From Chitinimonas arctica (lineage in GTDB: Bacteria; Pseudomonadota; Gammaproteobacteria; Burkholderiales; Chitinimonadaceae), in assembly GCF_007431345.1 (NCBI RefSeq), contig NZ_CP041730.1, positions 163,651 through 195,650 of the forward strand: a stretch of DNA of 32,000 nucleotides, read 5' to 3'. A program made the translations under genes and the position numbers. The notes below the pieces were generated by a model. The model was not told the DNA's origin and searched no databases. It saw only the letters and a list, made by a program, of their open reading frames with translations. Below are positions 17,632-24,927 of the stretch, in pieces. Numbering within the stretch: the stretch's first letter is position 1; every line of letters begins with the position of its first letter.

Positions 17632-18693
17632 CTAATCGCGAGCCACTGCTGCACTTTCTTTTGCTATCCGGTCGAGATTTTTCTGCGCGTCAGCGTGCCC
17701 TTGAGCAGCAGATTTTCGGTACAGGTCGAGTGCTTGCCGATCATCCCGAGTCAACCCTAGGCCGTGTTCGTACAGATGACCGAGTTTGTTCTGCGCAAAA
17801 GCATCCCCTTGTGCTGCGGCCTTGCGATACCAGGCAGCGGCTTGGGCATAATCTTGCTGCACCCCACGGCCAGCCTCATACAATGTCGCCATGCTCGCTT
17901 CCGCAGTGGCCAGCCTCTGTTCGGCACTTTTTCGATACCACATCATCGCTTGCGCGTAGTCCTGCGGCACACCATGGCCCTGTTCGAACATATCCCCAAC
18001 ATTGCACTGGGCAGCGGGATGTCCTTGATCCGCAGCCTTGCGATACCAGGCCATTGCTTGTGCATGATCCCGCGGCACATCGGAGCCTTTCATATAGATC
18101 ATGCCGAGATTGAACTGAGCGCGGGAGAAACCCTTCTCGGCGGCCTTTCGAAGCCAGAAAAACGCTTGCGGAAAATCTCGCGACACGCTTTTGCCATCTA
18201 AAAAGAGCACGCCCAACGCGTTCTGAGCAACTGGCAGCCCCTGTTTGGCTGCCCTTCGGTACCAGGCGATAGCCTGTTCATCATCCTGCGGCACGCCGAG
18301 CCCCTGCTGGTACATCCATCCGAGGTTGGTCTGAGCAGTCGCACGCCCCTGCTCAGCGGCTTTGCCGCACCAGCTCAGTGCCTGCTAATTATCTTGCGGC
18401 ACGCCAAGGCCACCAAGGTACAGCGTACAAAGATTGGTCTGCGCATCCGCATTGCCCTGCTGCGCGCTCTTGCGATACCAAGCCAAAGCTTGCAGGTGGT
18501 CCTGCGCAACTTCCTGACCTAGCTGATACATTGCGCCCAGCTTGTTTTGGGCGGCGGCATGGCCGCTTTCCGCCAACGCACGCACCCCATCGAGTGTCGC
18601 CTGCTGAAGGTCCGTTTTATGTCCATTCAATCCCGCCCAGGCCATACCGGACAATCCCACTGCCATGGTAAGCAGCCAAATACGTACTTTCAT
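17632..18693 (-). pseudogene. Sel1-like repeat (SLR) protein interrupted by one in-frame TAG (18385-18387)
   Basis: Track ORFs 18385..18693 and 17632..18315 are in the same frame. Translating across the gap gives ...GGLGVPQDN*QALSWCGKAAEQGRATAQTNLGWMYQQGLGVPQDDEQAIAWYRRAA..., a continuous series of about eight 36-aa Sel1 repeats (consensus AQxxLGxxYxxGxGVxQDxxQAxxWYRKAAxQG). The N-terminal signal peptide is MKVRIWLLTMAVGLSGMAWA. Confidence 0.8.
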
Positions 18694-18727
18694 TTCAATT
18701 CCCTTTGCTTACTGCGCATCAGCGATT

Positions 18728-18849
18728 TTAGCTGGGCCCCACCACCCCCGCCCTGATCTCGAATTCAACCGTCTCCAAACGCTCGCGCAGCACCGTCTGC
18801 TGGTGGCTGAGATGCACCCGGTTCACACGGCCTGTCGCGCCAGCGCATC
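18728..18849 (-). pseudogene. Relic of the 3' end of a pilN-like gene (diverged copy of 19616-19723)
   Basis: The - strand reads DALARQAV, then a 1-nt deletion, then NRVHLSHQQTVLRERLETVEFEIRAGVVGPS*. The intact gene reads DALAGQAVLSRVHLSHQQTVLRERLETVEFEVRAGV.... There is no upstream coding continuation. Confidence 0.6.
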
Positions 18850-18896
18850 AAGGTGGCCCGTCTCGTCGCACCCCAATTTTTGAGTAAATTCAACTT

Positions 18897-19502
18897 TCAG
18901 GGAAGATCTAAGTTGCTCTTAGCATTGTTCCACGATGCTTTTTGTTGGACAAAAAATCCCACATTTAATAGGGCGGTCTTCTCGATAGCTTTCAAATCCT
19001 CTTGCTGCTGAGTAAGCTCTCTTTGCATAAGGGGATGTACTAATATTTTATTATCCAACAGAAGGTCACTGGGGGCCAGCCCCTCTATTTCTTGTATATA
19101 TAAATCCACGGAATCAGTTGCATAGGTCGCAGCTTGTACAATTCTGCCCACATTATTTTCACGTAAATGATCCAAAAGACTGCACACTGAAAAACACGCA
19201 TCTTGTGCCGATGACACATATAGAGAAGCAAAGTCATCTGAACTGGGTGCCGCCAGCTCACAAGCTTGGGTCGCATTTTTTATTTCCTGGACGCTCACCG
19301 ATTCACCGGAAAGAAACTTCCAAACAATGTCCAAGGCCTTTCGCAAGGAAGAAAAATCTCCCCAGTCCGTATCTTGCTGGAAGGCAATATAATTCGGCAC
19401 TAGCCTTTCACAGCAAAAAGCACCAAATGCCAGTTGACGATTGCCATCAAGCTTAGTTAGGCGCGCCTTTAAGGTCGCGCCATCAAATGCAGGCATAACC
19501 AT
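18897..19502 (-). CDS. DUF416 (YjaG-like) family protein
   Basis: 201-aa ORF. The blocks FGAFCCERLVPNYIAF, ALDIVWKFL and APSSDDFASLYVSSAQDAC mirror the conserved blocks I recall from E. coli YjaG (CLCERMYPNY, ILDLIWETL, IPSADDF...AIDAC). The gene is markedly AT-rich; a hand count of 19081-19140 gives 24/60 GC. Confidence 0.7.
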   Translation of the reverse strand: MVMPAFDGATLKARLTKLDGNRQLAFGAFCCERLVPNYIAFQQDTDWGDFSSLRKALDIVWKFLSGESVSVQEIKNATQACELAAPSSDDFASLYVSSAQDACFSVCSLLDHLRENNVGRIVQAATYATDSVDLYIQEIEGLAPSDLLLDNKILVHPLMQRELTQQQEDLKAIEKTALLNVGFFVQQKASWNNAKSNLDLP

Positions 19503-19586
19503 TTCTTTATTATTCCTTCAATGGACTTAGTACATTGATGCCCTGTTGTTGCAAAGTGCTTGCACACCGCATTGGTGAATCCGCGT

Positions 19587-20132
19587 TCACACGCCTGATG
19601 AAGGATTCTGGCCTGTCACCCCCGCCCTGACCTCAAATTCGACTGTCTCCAAACGCTCGCGCAGCACTGTCTGCTGGTGGCTGAGATGCACCCGGCTCAA
19701 TACAGCCTGCCCCGCCAGCGCATCCAGATAAGCCTCCAGGGCGCGGCGATCGCGCGCCTCGCCGCGCAGGATCAGTTGGCGGCTGGTCTTGTCGGGTTGG
19801 AATTCGAGTAACTCCACATCGGCTTTGCCTGCCCGTTCGATGGCCAGGAAGACCTCCGGCCACGGGTATTCGCGCTCGGCCTGCAGTGCCGCCCATTGTT
19901 TTTGCGTACGTTGCAATGCCTTGTCGTCCACCGGCTTGGCAGCGCGGCGCTGCTGGACTTGCAGCCTTTCGCTCCGGGCGGCGAGCTGTTCGGTGCGCGC
20001 AGCGGTTTGATAGGCGTCCTGCGCCAGCCAGGCCGCGCCGATCAGCAGCACGGCGACCAGCAGCCACAGCCAGCCGGCATGGCGCAGCGGCGGACGAAGA
20101 TAAGGGCTAAGCGGGTCCATATTCATTGCCAT
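19587..20132 (-). CDS. PilN/GspM-like bitopic assembly protein
   Basis: 181-aa ORF with a single TM (WLWLLVAVLLIGAAWLA), then a coiled-coil, then a ferredoxin-like periplasmic region (VELLEFQPDKTSRQLILRGEARDRRALEAYLDAL). It overlaps the upstream gene stop (ATGGCAATGA). Its position after the GspE and PilM-like genes fits this role. Confidence 0.6.
   Translation of the reverse strand: MAMNMDPLSPYLRPPLRHAGWLWLLVAVLLIGAAWLAQDAYQTAARTEQLAARSERLQVQQRRAAKPVDDKALQRTQKQWAALQAEREYPWPEVFLAIERAGKADVELLEFQPDKTSRQLILRGEARDRRALEAYLDALAGQAVLSRVHLSHQQTVLRERLETVEFEVRAGVTGQNPSSGV
19616..19723 (-). repeat. Copy B of a ~107-nt direct repeat (copy A = 18743-18849)
   Basis: I aligned the two copies by eye. There are long identical runs (e.g. 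GTCTCCAAACGCTCGCGCAGCAC and GTCTGCTGGTGGCTGAGATGCACCCGG), scattered substitutions and one 1-nt indel. Confidence 0.8.
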
Positions 20133-20893
20133 TCGCTGGGGGTAAGGGCTTGCACCACTGCGCCGGGCAGGTTGGCGACGATCTGTTCGGCACGGCTGCT
20201 CGCGTCATCGGTTGCGGCCGACCAGGCGGCGACCTGTTCGATCGCACCGTGCAGGGCAGCCAAACGGCGTAGCAGGCGGGTAGTGGCGGCTTGCGCGTCG
20301 CCGGCTGCGGGTTCCACGTCATAGCCGATCAGGCCGGCGTGGTCGTACAGCAAGGCGGTGCTGCGGCTGGCATCGCCCAGTAGCAGCAGGCGCTTGCCTT
20401 CTCCCGGTGCGCAAGCCGCGCGGTGGTAGATGGCGGCGGACAGTGGCAAGACAGTGCGCAGGCGCAGACCGTGCGCCTGGCACAAGGCCGGCAGTTCGGT
20501 CAGGCAGCCGCGCCGCAACGCATACGCCAGACCCAGCCGACCATGATGACGGAAATCGCTGTGTTGCACCCACTCCCGATCCAGCGGCTGGCCTTGCTGT
20601 TCAAAGCAGGCTTGCGCATAGGCTTCGACCTCGGCCGGCGTCTGTAGCGCCGGCTGCCAGGCGAGCGGCGCCAGGGCCGCCAGGCTGTCCGAGACAGTCA
20701 GCACCAAGCGGCTGCCCGGCCGCCATTGCCCGGTGTGTTCGGTCAACAGCGCGATTAGTTCAGCCAGCAGATCAAGCGGTGCGGGGCTCGGTGCATATTC
20801 GCTCCAGCGCGGCGCGGCGGACCGGCCAAGCTGCAGGCCGCGCCGGCCCGGAAACAGACTGGCGTAGACGGTACTAGGCCACAAAGGTGACAC
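20123..20893 (-). CDS. Putative PilM / GspL-cytoplasmic-domain-like assembly protein (weak call)
   Basis: The frame is continuous with coding-like composition. GTG 20893 (or TTG 20884) overlaps the gspE end. No TM segment is present. Loose PilM/GspL-like blocks are present (RLVLTVSDSLAAL, GLRLRTVLPLSAAIY, KRLLLLGDASRSTALLYDHAGL). The gene sits between GspE and the PilN-like gene. The track start at 21013 lies inside gspE and was rejected. Confidence 0.45.
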   Translation of the reverse strand: MSPLWPSTVYASLFPGRRGLQLGRSAAPRWSEYAPSPAPLDLLAELIALLTEHTGQWRPGSRLVLTVSDSLAALAPLAWQPALQTPAEVEAYAQACFEQQGQPLDREWVQHSDFRHHGRLGLAYALRRGCLTELPALCQAHGLRLRTVLPLSAAIYHRAACAPGEGKRLLLLGDASRSTALLYDHAGLIGYDVEPAAGDAQAATTRLLRRLAALHGAIEQVAAWSAATDDASSRAEQIVANLPGAVVQALTPSEWQ

Positions 20894-22541
20894 GATTGAC
20901 CTCCTGCAATGTGGTCTGGCCGTCGCGCACCCCTTGCAGGGCGACCTCGCGCAACAAGCGGGTGCCTTCGCGGCGGGCCTGCTCCTTGAGGGTGCGCAGC
21001 GAGGCGCGGTCAATGATCATTTCGCGCAGCTCGTCGCTGAGGCACATGACTTCGGCCACTGCCCGGCGGCCTTTATAGCCGCTGCCGCGGCATTGCGGGC
21101 AACCGCGGCCGGCACGGAAGCGGTAGTTCTCCGGATCGGGGATGCCGGAGTCGGCTAATAAGGCGGCATCGAGCTGCTGGTCGGTCACGCAGTGCGGGCA
21201 GTTCTGCCGCACCAGCCGCTGCGCCACCACGCCCGTCAGGGCCGAGACCAGGTGATACGGGTCCACGCCCATATGCATAAAGCGGCCGATAACGTCGAAA
21301 CTGTTGTTGGCATGCACCGAGGTAAACACCAAATGGCCGGTCAGCGCCGACTGCACCGCGATCTGGGCGGTTTCCGCATCGCGGATCTCGCCGACCAGGA
21401 TCTTGTCCGGATCATGCCGCAGGATGGAACGCAGGCCAACGGCAAAGCTGAGGCCCTTCTTTTCGTTGACCGGAATCTGCAGCACGCCGGGCAGCTGGTA
21501 TTCGACCGGATCTTCGATGGTAATGAACTTATCTTCGCCCTGGTTGATCTCGGTCAAGGCCGCATACAGGGTAGTGGTCTTACCGCTGCCGGTCGGACCG
21601 GTGGCCAGCAGCATGCCGTAGGGCGCGGCCGCCAGCCGGCGCAGCACGCGCACGGTATCGGCATCGAATCCCAGCGAATCCAGCGTCAGGCGCTGCACCT
21701 GGTCGATCAGGGCTTGCTTGTCCAAAATCCGCAGCACGGCATCTTCGCCGTGGATGCTGGGCATGATGGAGACGCGGATATCGATATCGCGGCCCTTGGC
21801 GGCAATGCGGAAGCGGCCGTCCTGCGGGATGCGCTTTTCGGCGATATCGAGTTCGGCCAGCACCTTGATACGGGCGATGGCCTGTTCGGCCAGCGCGGTT
21901 TTGTTGACGGTGGCGATGCGGTTCAGCACGCCGTCGATACGGAACTTGATCACCAGGCCTTGCGGGATCGATTCGAGGTGGATATCGCTGGCTTCGCAGC
22001 GCAAGGCATCGAACACGGTCGAGTTGATCAAGCGCACGGCCGGACTGGCCTCGCCCTGGATCGATGCCAGGGTCAGGTCGGCGCTGGCATCGCGCGCCAG
22101 TTCGATGGATTGGTCCAGGCCGACCGCATCGGCCACGGCGCTGAAACCGGCCTCGTGCCGTTCCAGCTCGGCGCGCAGCAGGGCGGGGTCGGCCAGGTAA
22201 AGCGCCGTCAGCGGCAAGGCTTGAGCGGCCAGCCACGGGCCCAGCCGGCTATCCAGCGGCTGGCCGATCGCGGCGCAGAGCCGGCCGGCGGCGTCGTGCC
22301 CCACCAGCAGCACTCTTTCGGCCATGTCGGTGTAGGCCACTTGCGCGAAGTCCGGCTGGAGCGGCCAGCCGGTGGCGCAGTCTAGCGGCGGGTAGGCCAG
22401 CAGGGTGGCGGCCTCGGCCAGCAACGCCTCGCGCGATTGCGGGGAACGCTCGGCCAGCCAGCTCAGCCAGTCGCCGCCGAGGCCGGCGGCTTGGCAGGCC
22501 TGCGTCAGCTCGGCCAGGGTCAGGGGGGCATCAAAGTGCAT
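20874..22541 (-). CDS. gspE: GspE/PilB-family secretion ATPase
   Basis: 555-aa ORF with Walker A (ATGPTGSGKTTT), Asp box and Walker B (KILVGEIRD), His box (TGHLVFTSVHAN), and the tetracysteine CPHC...CPQC motif. Confidence 0.95.
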   Translation of the reverse strand: MHFDAPLTLAELTQACQAAGLGGDWLSWLAERSPQSREALLAEAATLLAYPPLDCATGWPLQPDFAQVAYTDMAERVLLVGHDAAGRLCAAIGQPLDSRLGPWLAAQALPLTALYLADPALLRAELERHEAGFSAVADAVGLDQSIELARDASADLTLASIQGEASPAVRLINSTVFDALRCEASDIHLESIPQGLVIKFRIDGVLNRIATVNKTALAEQAIARIKVLAELDIAEKRIPQDGRFRIAAKGRDIDIRVSIMPSIHGEDAVLRILDKQALIDQVQRLTLDSLGFDADTVRVLRRLAAAPYGMLLATGPTGSGKTTTLYAALTEINQGEDKFITIEDPVEYQLPGVLQIPVNEKKGLSFAVGLRSILRHDPDKILVGEIRDAETAQIAVQSALTGHLVFTSVHANNSFDVIGRFMHMGVDPYHLVSALTGVVAQRLVRQNCPHCVTDQQLDAALLADSGIPDPENYRFRAGRGCPQCRGSGYKGRRAVAEVMCLSDELREMIIDRASLRTLKEQARREGTRLLREVALQGVRDGQTTLQEVNRVTFVA

Positions 22542-23712
22542 TGGCCATCTCGAAAATCGGGGTATACAGCATCAATACAATGGCGCCGATGACCAGGCCG
22601 ATGCCGACCATCAGCACCGGTTCGATCAGCCGGCCAGCCACATCGAGCCAGGCAGCCACTTCCTGGTCGTAGAAATCGGCGATCCGTTCCAGCATCTCGT
22701 CCAGCTGGCCGGACGATTCGCCGGCCAACAGCAAGCGGTCGGCCACTTCGGTACTGAGGCCTTGCTCCGCCATCACCCGCGACAAAGGGTGCCCCTCGCT
22801 GACCGCCCTGCCCGCTTGCTGCAAGCGCGCCTGCATGGCCAAGGGCAAGGCGGCCTCGCTCATCCTCATGGCAGCGAGGACGCTGACGCCGCTGCGCAGC
22901 AGCATCCCCAGGGTGCGGTAAAGGCGGGCCAATTGCAGGGTCCAGACCTTGTCCCCCAGCCAGGGCGTGCGCAACACGCGGCGGAACACGCCGGCGCGGA
23001 CAGCCGGTTGCAGCGCCACGAGCAAGCCGCCCAGGGGCAGCGCCAGGCACAGCCCCCAGGCCAGCCAGGGATACCCGTTGACCAGGCTGCCCCAAGCCTG
23101 CACCAGGCGCGACATATCCGTCTGCCTGGGCACATCCTCGAATACCGCGCTGAAACGCGGCACCACATACAGCAACAAAAAGGTCACCACCAGATAGCCG
23201 ACCCCGACCAGGATCGCCGGATAGACGGCGGCCGCCAGCAGTTGGCCGCGAATGGCATCGACCTGGCGCTGGTAGTGCATAAAGCGCTGGATGGCGGCGC
23301 GCACGCTGCCGGTGGTTTCGCTGGCGCGCAGCATGGCCAGGTAAAGCGCCGGAAAGACCGAGGGCAAGGCCGCCATCGCTTCCGACAGCTGTTTGCCGTG
23401 CCGTAGGCCTTGCAACAGGCTGTCGTAGACGGCCCGGTGCCGCCCGGTCCGGTCGTTGCGGCCAAGGATCTCGATCGCATCGACGATAGGCTGGCCGGCT
23501 TCCAGCAAGGCGTGCAATTGCTGGTTGAACACCAGCAGCTTGAAGGCCGCGGCGCCCTTGAGACGCGGCAGGCCGTGCCGGACCGGTCGCAGCGTCAGCA
23601 ATCGACCGCCGCTTGCTGCCAGCACGCGACGCGCTTCTGCTTCATCGGCGGCTTCCAGCTCAACCTGCCTCACTTGGGCGTCGGCTTGTAGCACCTTGGC
23701 GCGGTAGCGCAT
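22531..23712 (-). CDS. gspF: GspF/PilC-family platform protein
   Basis: ~393 aa with two T2SS-F repeats and hydrophobic segments (AAAVYPAILVGVGYLVVTFLLLYVVP; LIEPVLMVGIGLVIGAIVLMLYTPIF). ATG at 23712 is preferred; TTG at 23715 is the alternative. The 3' end overlaps the gspE start. Confidence 0.9.
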   Translation of the reverse strand: MRYRAKVLQADAQVRQVELEAADEAEARRVLAASGGRLLTLRPVRHGLPRLKGAAAFKLLVFNQQLHALLEAGQPIVDAIEILGRNDRTGRHRAVYDSLLQGLRHGKQLSEAMAALPSVFPALYLAMLRASETTGSVRAAIQRFMHYQRQVDAIRGQLLAAAVYPAILVGVGYLVVTFLLLYVVPRFSAVFEDVPRQTDMSRLVQAWGSLVNGYPWLAWGLCLALPLGGLLVALQPAVRAGVFRRVLRTPWLGDKVWTLQLARLYRTLGMLLRSGVSVLAAMRMSEAALPLAMQARLQQAGRAVSEGHPLSRVMAEQGLSTEVADRLLLAGESSGQLDEMLERIADFYDQEVAAWLDVAGRLIEPVLMVGIGLVIGAIVLMLYTPIFEMANAL

Positions 23713-23936
23713 CAATTAATCTCGCAGCTTGCCACAAAGGCATTGAATGCGTACGTGTAGTCCGCCGAGGAAAGCAGCAGATGTTCTGGGATAGTCATGC
23801 TGCATTTTATGGAATAGATCATTGCCGCACTAAGGACACTTGCCCCTATCGAGCCGAGCCGAGATGTTCCGTGACAAGTCATCCTCGCAGAGTGCAGCCG
23901 CAATCCTATTGGGGTAAATTCGCTTCATTCCCCAAG

Positions 23937-24488
23937 CTATTCGCCCAGAGGCGAACAGTCCTCCGGTGGATCCGCCCATTCGCCCAACGGATCTTTGGGC
24001 GGAAGCGGTTGCGCGCGGGCAGCACAGATGTACCCGCCTTTGGGGAGGGGAATCAGTTCCAGAAATTCGTTTTCGCATACCGTCGAAATGCTCACCCCCC
24101 ACTCGGCCTTACCCGGCTCCGGCATTTCGTCCATGCAACCTTTCGAAGTTGCTGTAATAGTTTCGATTACGATACACCCTTGTAGGCCTGTGACCTTATC
24201 TGCGGGGGTCACGCGCGTAGCGTAAGTGCTGAGAAAGGCTGCTCCAGTCATGTTCAATGCATTGCACTCTCCAACGCGCGGCGTACTTTCCGTTCTGCTG
24301 GGAATGGACAAACCCCCACAGGCTGCCCCCACGGTACTTCCCCGCGAGGTATAGACGCCGCTGACGACCGTGTCGATTCTAGCCTCATACACGGGTGTTT
24401 CAAGAGAGGCCGATTGACTAACAATCGATGAAGTTACCAGCGCGAATATGCTAAAGCGGCGCCAGCCGCTTTTAAAATAGTTACGCAT
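23937..24488 (-). CDS. Hypothetical secreted protein (signal peptide, several Cys)
   Basis: ATG 24488 lies 2 nt after the upstream TGA (24491-24493). The N-terminus MRNYFKSGWRRFSIFALVTSSIVSQSAS is signal-peptide-like. ~183 aa; no recognisable family. Confidence 0.55.
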   Translation of the reverse strand: MRNYFKSGWRRFSIFALVTSSIVSQSASLETPVYEARIDTVVSGVYTSRGSTVGAACGGLSIPSRTESTPRVGECNALNMTGAAFLSTYATRVTPADKVTGLQGCIVIETITATSKGCMDEMPEPGKAEWGVSISTVCENEFLELIPLPKGGYICAARAQPLPPKDPLGEWADPPEDCSPLGE

Positions 24489-24490
24489 TT

Positions 24491-24892
24491 TCAAGGCCTT
24501 ACTTCCTGAGCTTGTTTTGTTTTACTAATAAGCAGATCTATTCTTGCACGCAAATATTTTCCGAGAAAATAAGCCGTCACTCCGACGAGCAGCATGGCCG
24601 GTGTCACACCATGTGTAATCATTTCACTCAGCGAGGAAAGATGGCTAAAGAAATAGTTCACATTCATCATCATTAAAACGAAAATGTTCCATACCACTTC
24701 CATCAAGAATAAGACAATGACGGCCTCGGGCCACTTCACCCGTCCAGAAACTCCCATCAAGCTCATCGGAATGGCCACAGCCAAAGTCATGCTAAGCGTG
24801 CCATGCTCCAAGCAGGCAAGGACCATCGTCTCGCAGATCTTATAGCTAAGTAGCAGCACAAAAAGACGAAACACCAGCTTAATGATTTTCAT
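24491..24892 (-). CDS. Small polytopic membrane protein (~4 TM), candidate Rhs-tip immunity protein
   Basis: ATG 24892 is preceded by AAAGGA. The 133-aa protein MKIIKLVFRLFVLLLSYKI...LSMTLAVAIPMSLMGV...AVIVLFLMEVVWNIFVLMMM...AMLLVGVTAYFLG is very AT-rich. It begins 36 nt after the Rhs stop. The longer track start (24949) overlaps the Rhs gene. Confidence 0.6.
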   Translation of the reverse strand: MKIIKLVFRLFVLLLSYKICETMVLACLEHGTLSMTLAVAIPMSLMGVSGRVKWPEAVIVLFLMEVVWNIFVLMMMNVNYFFSHLSSLSEMITHGVTPAMLLVGVTAYFLGKYLRARIDLLISKTKQAQEVRP

Positions 24893-24927
24893 GCAATTTC
24901 CTTTAGAAATCCCCAAGTACTGCCGAT

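Noticed and set aside
20894-21013. N-terminal extension of the PilM-like ORF, and other track starts that run into upstream genes (29952 for gspG; 24949 for the membrane protein).
   Set aside because: The extensions overlap well-supported upstream coding sequence. Internal starts give canonical leaders (prepilin MRAKHAG|F) or proper RBS spacing and short ATGA/TGATG-type overlaps.
23613-24225. ORFs 23613..24185 (+), 23712..23903 (-), 23830..24102 (-) and 23995..24225 (+) around the gspF-proximal cassette edge.
   Set aside because: They overlap gspF or the better-supported secreted-protein gene (23937..24488). Their translations are featureless.
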